Made by a program: the position numbers and the translations under genes. Below are positions 51,780-59,632 of a stretch of DNA of 64,000 bases, piece after piece (positions within the stretch are counted from its first letter, which is position 1; every line of letters begins with the position of its first letter). The notes beneath the pieces were generated by a model, which made no database searches, was not told where the DNA came from, and worked only from the letters and a program-made list of their open reading frames with translations. Origin of the DNA: an uncultured Bacilli bacterium. Lineage in GTDB: Bacteria > Bacillota_I > Bacilli_A > RF39 > UBA660. Where the stretch lies: contig CAKOOJ010000001.1 in NCBI GenBank assembly GCA_934098385.1, positions 137,249-201,248 of the forward strand, written 5' to 3'.

Positions 51780-52702
51780 ACTTTTAAATACTTTCTAACC
51801 GCTCTCGTGCTTGCAAACATACCAACTAATCCACCAATAATTAGAAGTGCTAAAGATGTTTTATAAATAATTAAACTAGGTTTTGTTAATTCTACTAGAT
51901 TAGATAAAACTACTCCACCCATTGTTTCATAGAAATATGTATATCCAAAAATAGTAAGTATTATTGGTATTAAACTACCTAAAATTCCTAATAATAAACC
52001 TTCAAATAAATATGGAAGTTTTATAACAGCATTACTAGTACCAACTAATCTCATAATATTTATTTCATTTCTTCTACTAAATATAGTTATTTTAATAGTG
52101 TTTGTTATTAAAAATACAGTAACTACTATTAATGCTATTACTATAGCCCAACAACATTTTTTTACCATATCAAATACACTTATCATTCTATCCACCATAG
52201 TTTCACCATATTTAACTAAAGTAACTTTATTTATATTTTTTATAGTTGTTGCGGTTTCTTTTATTTTCTTTATATCTTTTACTTTTAGAATATAAGTGCT
52301 TTGTAGTGGATTTTCATCATCACTCCAATTATCCATAATAGTTTTAAATGTTTCATTTTCATTACTCATGTTATTTTTTATTTCGTCTTTACTTCTATAT
52401 GTAATGCTATCTACGTTATCTATATTATTAAGTTCATTTTTTACATTTTTTATTTCTTCTTCACTAGATTTGCTATCTACAAAAACAATCATTGTTAAGT
52501 CTTTTTCTATTTTCATAGTCATATCCGTTACATTTTCGGTAGCAAGTATTGCTAGAGCAACTAGAATGAGTGTGATAACCGTACATGAAATACTAGCTAC
52601 AGAAAGACTAAAATTACGAAATATACTTTTAAAAGAATCCCTTATACTTCTATTAAATATTCTTATCAGCTTCATCATCGTATTTTCCTTTCTTTTTATC
52701 AC
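51776..52702 (-). CDS. ftsX: cell division permease-like protein FtsX
   Basis: 4 TM segments with a large extracellular loop. Immediately downstream of ftsE. The true start is probably MMKLIRIF. Confidence 0.85.
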   Translation of the reverse strand: MIKRKENTMMKLIRIFNRSIRDSFKSIFRNFSLSVASISCTVITLILVALAILATENVTDMTMKIEKDLTMIVFVDSKSSEEEIKNVKNELNNIDNVDSITYRSKDEIKNNMSNENETFKTIMDNWSDDENPLQSTYILKVKDIKKIKETATTIKNINKVTLVKYGETMVDRMISVFDMVKKCCWAIVIALIVVTVFLITNTIKITIFSRRNEINIMRLVGTSNAVIKLPYLFEGLLLGILGSLIPIILTIFGYTYFYETMGGVVLSNLVELTKPSLIIYKTSLALLIIGGLVGMFASTRAVRKYLKV

Positions 52703-53360
52703 TAACTATTACCCCGTTTTTTATTGTAACAACACGTTTTTTTAATCTATTAACTATATCTTTATCGTGTGTTGCCATAATTATAGTTGTTTCTAAATCT
52801 TTATTAATGCTAGTAATTACATCCATTATTTCTTTAGAAGTATCAGGATCCAAATTACCAGTTGGTTCATCACATATTATCAATTTAGGTTCATTTACGA
52901 TAGCTCTTGCTATACAAACACGTTGTTGTTCTCCACCAGAAAGTTCATGAGGATAACTTCTATATTTTTCTTTAAGTCCAACTCTTTCTAATGCTTTTAA
53001 AACAAGTTTTTTTATTTCACTTCCTGCCATACCATAACTTTCTAATGGATATGCAACGTTTTCATAAACTGTTAATTTGGGTAATAATTTAAAATCTTGA
53101 AATACAATACCTATTTTACGTCTTAATTTATAAACTTTACTATTACGTAATTTAGCAACATTAATTCCTCCAACATATACCTCGCCTTTATTGGGTTTTT
53201 CTTCCCTATAAAGAAGTTTTAATAAAGTACTCTTACCGCTAGCTGTAGGTCCAATAAGGAAAACAAATTCTCCTTTTTCTACTTTTAGATTTCCATTAGC
53301 TAGGGCAGTAACACCATTTTTATAAACTTTATAACAATCTTTTATATTTATAAATTCCAT
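52653..53360 (-). CDS. ftsE: cell division ATP-binding protein FtsE
   Basis: GPTASGKST, LSGGEQQR, IICDEPTGNLD. Confidence 0.9.
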   Translation of the reverse strand: MEFINIKDCYKVYKNGVTALANGNLKVEKGEFVFLIGPTASGKSTLLKLLYREEKPNKGEVYVGGINVAKLRNSKVYKLRRKIGIVFQDFKLLPKLTVYENVAYPLESYGMAGSEIKKLVLKALERVGLKEKYRSYPHELSGGEQQRVCIARAIVNEPKLIICDEPTGNLDPDTSKEIMDVITSINKDLETTIIMATHDKDIVNRLKKRVVTIKNGVIVSDKKKGKYDDEADKNI

Positions 53361-53441
53361 ATTTACTCCACCTTACTATATAAAGTATAGCACAAATTAT
53401 TTATCTTTTAAATAAAAAGTCGATATTTGTCAAATATTAGC

Positions 53442-53467
53442 AAAAAAAAAGACATAAGTCTTTTTTC
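53442..53467. terminator. bidirectional-looking terminator after the TasA-like gene
   Basis: A9-GAC-ataa-GTC-T6 (AAAGAC/GTCTTT stem). Confidence 0.6.
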
Positions 53468-53482
53468 ATTATTAAATTAATA

Positions 53483-54238
53483 TTAAGCAGCTGGAGTAAC
53501 AGTATTACCTTCAGCATCAATATAAGTTGCACCACTATCGTTAGTAGTAACACCAACAACTTTTACAGTAGCTTTTATATTAGCAGCTTGGCTATCATTT
53601 TGACTAGCAGCAGTATCAGCATATTTTAACATTAAGTAATAATATTGAGTAACATTTTTGTCAATTTCTACAACTTTAGAAATAACTTTATCTTCTCCAG
53701 TAGCTGGTAATTGACCACTAGCAACTTTTGTTCCACCAGTATAAGTATCAGCAGCGTCTACAGAATATAATTCATAAGTTAAATTAGCAGCATCTGCAGT
53801 ATTTTTAGCAGCAATACCATTAGTAATATCAATTAACTTAATAACGTAAGTTGATTTACCAGTAGATCTAGCAGTACTTGCTACATTGAAAGCAGCTGGT
53901 TTAGTAATACCGTCAGCAGCAGTTAAACCCTTAGTAGTTACATCTGCATCATCAGTTGCAACTAAAGCTTTAGTACGTAACTCACCATCAACTGTTTCAG
54001 TTCCGAAATAATGTAAACCATCACTTTCCCAACCAGGAATAACTTTTTGAGCAGTCATTGTTTTGTTTTGAGTATAATTAACTTCTAACATACCTGCTGT
54101 AACTTCTGTAGTTTTTTCATCTTGGTTTCTTGCTACTGATGCAGTGAAGTATGCATAAGTAAACCCAACTACTGATAAAGCAACTACAAACATTGCTACT
54201 ATAGCTATAGCTATCTTTCCATTGTTTTCTGATTTCAT
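53483..54238 (-). CDS. TasA/camelysin-like secreted fibre-subunit candidate with a SipW-type signal peptide (short paralogue 1)
   Basis: ..VVGFTYAYFTASV.., TAGMLEVNY..QKVIPGW. 251 aa, Ala/Thr/Gly/Val-rich, unlike the Lys/Asn/Ile-rich proteome here. AGGAGGAT RBS. Confidence 0.65.
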   Translation of the reverse strand: MKSENNGKIAIAIVAMFVVALSVVGFTYAYFTASVARNQDEKTTEVTAGMLEVNYTQNKTMTAQKVIPGWESDGLHYFGTETVDGELRTKALVATDDADVTTKGLTAADGITKPAAFNVASTARSTGKSTYVIKLIDITNGIAAKNTADAANLTYELYSVDAADTYTGGTKVASGQLPATGEDKVISKVVEIDKNVTQYYYLMLKYADTAASQNDSQAANIKATVKVVGVTTNDSGATYIDAEGNTVTPAA

Positions 54239-54263
54239 TTCTTTTCTATCCTCCTACAATAAA

Positions 54264-54292
54264 ATCATATCAAATCATAATAAGTATGTCAA
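54264..54292 (-). promoter_or_regulatory. strong sigma-A promoter of short paralogue 1
   Basis: TTGACA-17 nt-TATGAT. Part of the 54-bp cassette repeated at 62721..62774. Confidence 0.65.
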
Positions 54293-54320
54293 TTTAAAAT
54301 TGAAAAAAAATTTAAAAAAT

Positions 54321-54345
54321 TAAAAAATAGACGATATTGTCTATT
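54321..54345 (-). terminator. terminator of the 139-aa ORF
   Basis: AATAGAC-N6-GTCTATT with a T-run on the minus strand. Overlaps the stop codon. Confidence 0.6.
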
Positions 54346-54763
54346 ATTTATTCTGTAACATATTTAACATGTCAATTTTAAACATATCTTTTGAAGCATT
54401 AGCTTTACTAATCATAACACCTTTATAAGTAGTTAATTCTGCCATATGTCCTTCTAATAATATATCAGTAGGTGTAATAGTATCTAACATAACTACATTT
54501 TGTTCTTTATAAACGATATACTTAAGTGTTACATCACCATGAATTTGTTTAAACATATGATCACTAGGCAATCTAAGCTCATAAGTTTCAGTTTTTTCAA
54601 CTTTATTCTTACTAATTAATTCACCAATAAAATTACCTTTTCTTAATTCAGGATAGTAATCAAAATTAAGTTTTTTATAAGCAAGCATATTGTATTTTTT
54701 TAATGCCCTTTCTAACTTTTTAAACTCATTCTCATTAATATAATCTAAAATAAATCCTTTCAT
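54344..54763 (-). CDS. hypothetical protein
   Basis: 139-aa ORF with its own consensus promoter, a GGGGG RBS and a terminator. No family recognised. Confidence 0.45.
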   Translation of the reverse strand: MKGFILDYINENEFKKLERALKKYNMLAYKKLNFDYYPELRKGNFIGELISKNKVEKTETYELRLPSDHMFKQIHGDVTLKYIVYKEQNVVMLDTITPTDILLEGHMAELTTYKGVMISKANASKDMFKIDMLNMLQNK

Positions 54764-54794
54764 AAAATAACCCCCTTATTTCATCTGTGTATAA

Positions 54795-54823
54795 ATTATA
54801 GCACTTTTGTTTGTGTTTGTCAA
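54795..54823 (-). promoter_or_regulatory. perfect consensus promoter of the 139-aa ORF
   Basis: TTGACA-17 nt-TATAAT with an extended -10 TG. Confidence 0.65.
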
Positions 54824-54839
54824 ATTTTGTCAAGTGATA

Positions 54840-54862
54840 AAAAAATAGACAAAAAGTCTATT
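54840..54862 (-). terminator. terminator of the Flp-like pilin gene
   Basis: ATAGAC-N5-GTCTAT with a T-run on the minus strand. Overlaps the stop codon. Confidence 0.6.
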
Positions 54863-55052
54863 CAGCATCAACGCACTTACCATCTCCTGGTTTATCACCT
54901 TTTTCATATACTTGTCCAGTTAAGGAACAACCTGATTTAGTTATAGAATCTTTTAAATAACCACCAAAATAATTGACTAAAGCAATGGTAATAACACTTA
55001 TTAGTGCAATTATTAAAACATATTCAACCAATGCTTGACCTTTTTTATTCAT
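54858..55052 (-). CDS. Flp/Fap-family (type IVb, Tad-type) prepilin
   Basis: MNKKG/QALVEYVLIIALISVITI matches the G/xxxxEY processing motif plus a hydrophobic helix. 64 aa, with two C-terminal Cys. Confidence 0.65.
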   Translation of the reverse strand: MNKKGQALVEYVLIIALISVITIALVNYFGGYLKDSITKSGCSLTGQVYEKGDKPGDGKCVDAE

Positions 55053-55075
55053 TTGTAATCACCTACTATACCTAA

Positions 55076-55104
55076 AGTATAATAAATTTATCGATTATTG
55101 TCAA
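55076..55104 (-). promoter_or_regulatory. promoter of the Flp-like gene (overlaps the ruvB stop)
   Basis: TTGACA-17 nt-TATACT, with AGGTGA RBS. Confidence 0.55.
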
Positions 55105-56096
55105 ATACTTTCATTAGCTGTTTTTAAGTGCTCTTTTGCTTTATCTGTGGTCATTCTACCTCTAGGTGTTCTTTTTATAAAACCTTCTTGTAAAAGATAT
55201 GGTTCAACTACGTCTTCAATGGTTGAAACTTCTTCACCAATGCTTGCTGCTATGGTTTCAACACCTACTGGGCCACCATTAAATTTATTAATTAAACTAG
55301 TTAAATACTCTAAGTCAACTTGATCAAGTCCATATTTATCAACTTTAAGTCTTTTTAAAGCACTATCAGTTATTTCTTTATCAATTATTCCATCACCAAT
55401 AACGCTAGCAAAATCTCTAACTCTCTTAAATAATCTATTGGCAATTCTAGGTGTTTTTCTACTTCTTTTGGCTAATTCTAATGATGCATCGTCTGTAATT
55501 TCCATATCTAAAACTCTACTTGTTCTTTTTATTATTTGATTTAATTCTTCTTCACTATAATAATTAAGTTTAGATACTATTCCAAATCTATCTCTTAGTG
55601 GACTTGATAAATCGCCTGCTCGTGTTGTTGCCCCAACAAGTGTAAATGGTGGTAAATCTATTTTTATATTTCTAGTATTTCCTTCTGTTCCAACCACTAT
55701 GTCAAGTTCAAAATCTTCCATAGCAGGATAAAGTATTTCTTCAATAAATTTTGGAATACGGTGTATTTCGTCTATAAATAGTACATCTCCCGGTTCTAAT
55801 GTTGATAAAAGTGCTGCTAAATCCCCACTTTTTTCAATAGATGGTCCTGTAGTTGTTTTTATATTACTACCTAATTCATTAGCAATAATATGTGCAAGTG
55901 TGGTCTTTCCTAATCCTGGAGGGCCATATAATAATACATGGTCTAAAGACTCATTTCTCATTTTAGCAGCATCTATAAATATCTTTATATTTTCTTTTAC
56001 TTCTTCTTGGCCAACATAATCTTTTATATATTGTGGTCTTAGCGTATTATCAACTTCACCATTTAATAATTCTTTAGAAACTATTCTATCATCCAT
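55101..56096 (-). CDS. ruvB: Holliday junction helicase RuvB
   Basis: [28 protein letters not shown]. Confidence 0.95.
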   Translation of the reverse strand: MDDRIVSKELLNGEVDNTLRPQYIKDYVGQEEVKENIKIFIDAAKMRNESLDHVLLYGPPGLGKTTLAHIIANELGSNIKTTTGPSIEKSGDLAALLSTLEPGDVLFIDEIHRIPKFIEEILYPAMEDFELDIVVGTEGNTRNIKIDLPPFTLVGATTRAGDLSSPLRDRFGIVSKLNYYSEEELNQIIKRTSRVLDMEITDDASLELAKRSRKTPRIANRLFKRVRDFASVIGDGIIDKEITDSALKRLKVDKYGLDQVDLEYLTSLINKFNGGPVGVETIAASIGEEVSTIEDVVEPYLLQEGFIKRTPRGRMTTDKAKEHLKTANESI

Positions 56097-56100
56097 ATTA

Positions 56101-56652
56101 TCACTTTCCTAACAATTTTAATGCTTCCTTTATTTGATTTTCTAAACTTAAATCATTATCTACTTTATCTATTATCTTTTTTATATCATTACTTTTATAA
56201 CCTAAACTTTCTAAAACTTCAATAAGTTCTCTAGAGTCATATTGAAATAAGTCAGTTTGTGTAGTAAGTTTTCCTTTTAAATCTAATATAATTTGTTTAG
56301 CAACTTTATCTCCAATTTTAGGAAATCTTGTTAAATATGTAACGTTATCACTATTAATTGCATCATAAATTCCTTTAATATTACCACTTGCAAATAATGG
56401 CATAGCCATCTTAGGCCCTATTCCTTTAACATTAATAAGTTTTAAGAATAAGTTCTTCTCTTCCATATTTTTAAAACCATATAAACTATTTTCGTCTTCT
56501 TTAATATGATTATATAAATAAACTTTACATTCCTCATTTAATTTAAAACTATATGGGTTAGATACAAAAATAGAATATCCTATATTATTATTATCTAATA
56601 TTATATAATTACCATCATATCCAACGACTATACCTTTTATATAACTGTACAT
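56101..56652 (-). CDS. ruvA: Holliday junction DNA-binding protein RuvA
   Basis: [11 protein letters not shown].. start preceded by AGGAG (9 nt). HhH motifs ([18 protein letters not shown]). Lies in frame inside the 490-aa ORF 56101..57573. Confidence 0.9.
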   Translation of the reverse strand: MYSYIKGIVVGYDGNYIILDNNNIGYSIFVSNPYSFKLNEECKVYLYNHIKEDENSLYGFKNMEEKNLFLKLINVKGIGPKMAMPLFASGNIKGIYDAINSDNVTYLTRFPKIGDKVAKQIILDLKGKLTTQTDLFQYDSRELIEVLESLGYKSNDIKKIIDKVDNDLSLENQIKEALKLLGK

Positions 56653-57573
56653 TATACCAACTCCTAAAATAATAGTATCATACATTCGTTTGTATATCAA
56701 TAGTATTTTAAATTTTTTATTTTTTTTTATTATTTTATTTTCTTCAATATATTTATAATTCAAATTATTATTTGATGTTATAATGGTCTCTCCAAGATTT
56801 TTTTCTAAATCTTCTTTTGCAGTTTTAGCCGCATGTCCACCTAGTTTTGCTATTTTTTTATTTTCTTCTAGTCCAAGTTGTTTATGTTTTTTAGCTAGTT
56901 CTTCTGTTGCAGCCTCTCCTAAATCCGTAAGAATAACTTCAATTTTAGACATGTTATCTCTTAAATTTTCTTTTCGTATTCCCTTATATTCTTTATATTG
57001 TTTTGCATTCATACCAGACCATTCTTCATATATAGTATTAGTTAATATTGCATATTCCACTCCATCTTTAATACCATTATTACTCCATACTTTAGTTAAT
57101 TTTTTTCGATTAATAATAGCTTTCATTCTTGCTTCTATCCATTCTAACGAATATCCTTTTTTTATATATAAATCTATCATTTCATCAATACCTTTTGAGG
57201 GATCGAATACTTCATCGACTTTTTGTCTACCAAGCTTAGCGAGCCACAACTTAAATGGTTCTGCTTTTGGACTTGGAACCGATTCAATCAATCTAAATAT
57301 TCCTTCAGTATCCAATGTATCGGTTTGTCTTAGTTTACCGTCTTGTGCTTTAATTTTCAACTTCCGACAATTTGTCGGAAGTTCACTTCCTTCGTCTTTA
57401 GCTAATCGTCTTTTTAATGTTGTCCAATAATCACTCGAATCTTTAGGTTCAATTAATGCATTTATAACATCAACCACACTAAAGTAATATTCTTCTTTGT
57501 CCTTATCCCATATACTTCTGATCTCTTTGTTTTCGAAAAGATTTGAAATTGTTTTTATCTTACTATCATTCAT
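56653..57573 (-). CDS. Bro-N domain / DinD-like (DNA-damage-inducible protein D-like) protein with no stop codon of its own
   Basis: FENKEIRSIWDKDKEEYYFSVVDV.., ..IESVPSPKAEPFKLWLAKLG.., ..KENLRDNMSKIEVILTDLGEAAT.. match a widespread ~280-aa Bro-N family (from memory). AGGAGGG RBS. The frame continues uninterrupted into ruvA. Confidence 0.65.
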
Positions 57574-57801
57574 AAATAAAACCCTCCTTAATATTTTTAT
57601 GACTTGTAAAAGAAATATAACATGATTGATAAAAGTTTGTCAACAAAAATATGTATTATATTTTTATTTTATTATATATTTTATTTGTAGTTTTTTTAAA
57701 TTTGTTTAATATTTACTCTTTTATATTTTTTTGAGCAATTTATAATAACAATTTTCTTACTTTATTAATAAACTATAATAGATAGATTAGGAGGTATTAA
57801 T

Positions 57802-57984
57802 ATGTACTACTATGGATACAATGGAGGTTATAACCAAGGTTATAACTATAATCCTTGTTGTAACACTACTTATGCAGGTACTACAAACGGTTATGGTTGG
57901 GGTGCTGCATTATGGATAGTTTTATTCATTTTATTAGTAATCATAATCGGAGCAGGTTGGACTTGGAATACTCCTGCAAATTAA
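57802..57984 (+). CDS. YjcZ-like small sporulation protein
   Basis: Tyr/Gly/Asn-rich N-terminus followed by ..AALWIVLFILLVIIIGAGW. AGGAGG RBS. Resembles the YjcZ family (from memory). Confidence 0.55.
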   Translation: MYYYGYNGGYNQGYNYNPCCNTTYAGTTNGYGWGAALWIVLFILLVIIIGAGWTWNTPAN

Positions 57985-58010
57985 AAGATGAGCTAAAACT
58001 CATCTTTTGT
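57985..58010. terminator. bidirectional terminator
   Basis: AAGATGAG-N6-CTCATCTT followed by TTG. Confidence 0.65.
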
Positions 58011-59554
58011 TATTCAGTAATTTCTTTTGGATTTTGATCTATTTGTAATGGTTTAGGATCGTCCTTTACATCTGTTTCCTTCTTTTTAATAACTAAATTA
58101 TTATCTTTATCAACATCAAGTTTTACATCTCCACCAAAATTCTTATTAAAATCGTCTTCTGAAACTATTTCTTCTGTTTTTTTACTTTCTTCTTTTTCAT
58201 CTATAATTTCTTTCTCAGTTATCTTTTTAATAATAATTTTTCCATCAACAATTTCATATGTATATTTTATCCCATTAAAATTAAATTCTTTACTAATTAT
58301 AGTAATTTGATATAAATTAGTCATATCAATATTATTTTCAAATATAATTTGTTTATCTGTATCAATTACTAAATATCCGTTAAATTTCATATTACTAATA
58401 TCTGTTTTTTCAACTAAATAAGCATTACCATTAATATTTATAGTTGCTTCTTTTGCTGGATCAATTGTTACATTATCACCTGTAATATCTTTAACAACTA
58501 TATTTTGATTATCATCAACATTTTCATAATTGTCTTTTACTTCTCCAACATTTTTTACCATATCTGGATTTGTTTCGTCTTTAATTTCATTATTTTTATC
58601 ATAATTATAAACGACATCATAAATATTAAATTCATTTAAATCAAATACTTTTTCTGTATTTTGAGAAACAATTTTTATACTTAAAACAACTTTATTAGGT
58701 GTATTACTATTTAATATAGTACCACTTATAAATTCCTTATATTCTAAATTATCTTTGTTAATATCATTCTTTAAAGCATAATAAACTTTATATTCAGAAG
58801 TTATATTATTAACTTTAATATCAATAATATCATTTATACTAGCTACTACACTTTGGTCTTTTACAATATTTCCATTTTGTAAAACATCAACAGTAACGTT
58901 TGATAAGTCAATTGCTGGTTTGATTTCTTCAGTTTTGTTTTTAATACCTATTATTGCATACATAGATAAATGTGTTGTACTGAATTTGATATATCCATCT
59001 TTTACACTTGTTTCGAATGTTTCATCAGTAATTATACCATTATCATTTACGTATACAACCTTATATTCATCATATCCAATTAAATCACTACTAAGTGGAA
59101 TACTTATATTTATTAATGAATTATTTACACTCTTTTTAATATTATCACTTGAATATAATGAAATATCATATAAACCTATTACATTGTTATTTTTTAAGTA
59201 TTCATTAATATCTAATTTTTTACTAACTAATTTATCATTGTCTAGTATTTCGTTAGTTAATTTAAAATTGTATATAATTTTATTAGTTTCGTCTACTGTA
59301 CTTTTATATACGTTGTTATTATTTTCTTCTTTGACATTACTAACTTGTTTCACAATGTTACTTTTCTTTGTTGTTTTAACTTCAGTTGTTTTTACTTCTG
59401 TAGTCTTTTTTTCTTCACTCTTTTTATCTTTATCTCCACTTACTAAAGATTTATTATTAAAATGTACAATAAGTACTATTCCTAATAATATCAATAAAAC
59501 TATTCCTATTACAAAATATTTTGTTTTCTTTTCATTTAATTCCAATTTAAACAC
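58010..59554 (-). CDS. hypothetical membrane-anchored extracellular protein
   Basis: 514 aa. N-terminal TM segment, a KTTEV KTTEV KTT mini-repeat, and a beta-rich remainder. Confidence 0.45.
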   Translation of the reverse strand: MFKLELNEKKTKYFVIGIVLLILLGIVLIVHFNNKSLVSGDKDKKSEEKKTTEVKTTEVKTTKKSNIVKQVSNVKEENNNNVYKSTVDETNKIIYNFKLTNEILDNDKLVSKKLDINEYLKNNNVIGLYDISLYSSDNIKKSVNNSLINISIPLSSDLIGYDEYKVVYVNDNGIITDETFETSVKDGYIKFSTTHLSMYAIIGIKNKTEEIKPAIDLSNVTVDVLQNGNIVKDQSVVASINDIIDIKVNNITSEYKVYYALKNDINKDNLEYKEFISGTILNSNTPNKVVLSIKIVSQNTEKVFDLNEFNIYDVVYNYDKNNEIKDETNPDMVKNVGEVKDNYENVDDNQNIVVKDITGDNVTIDPAKEATININGNAYLVEKTDISNMKFNGYLVIDTDKQIIFENNIDMTNLYQITIISKEFNFNGIKYTYEIVDGKIIIKKITEKEIIDEKEESKKTEEIVSEDDFNKNFGGDVKLDVDKDNNLVIKKKETDVKDDPKPLQIDQNPKEITE

Positions 59555-59632
59555 CCTACCTTCAATTAGAAGTATATATTTTATTAATATAAATGTAAAT
59601 AAAAAAAAGTAAAACTTTACTTTTACTTTACA

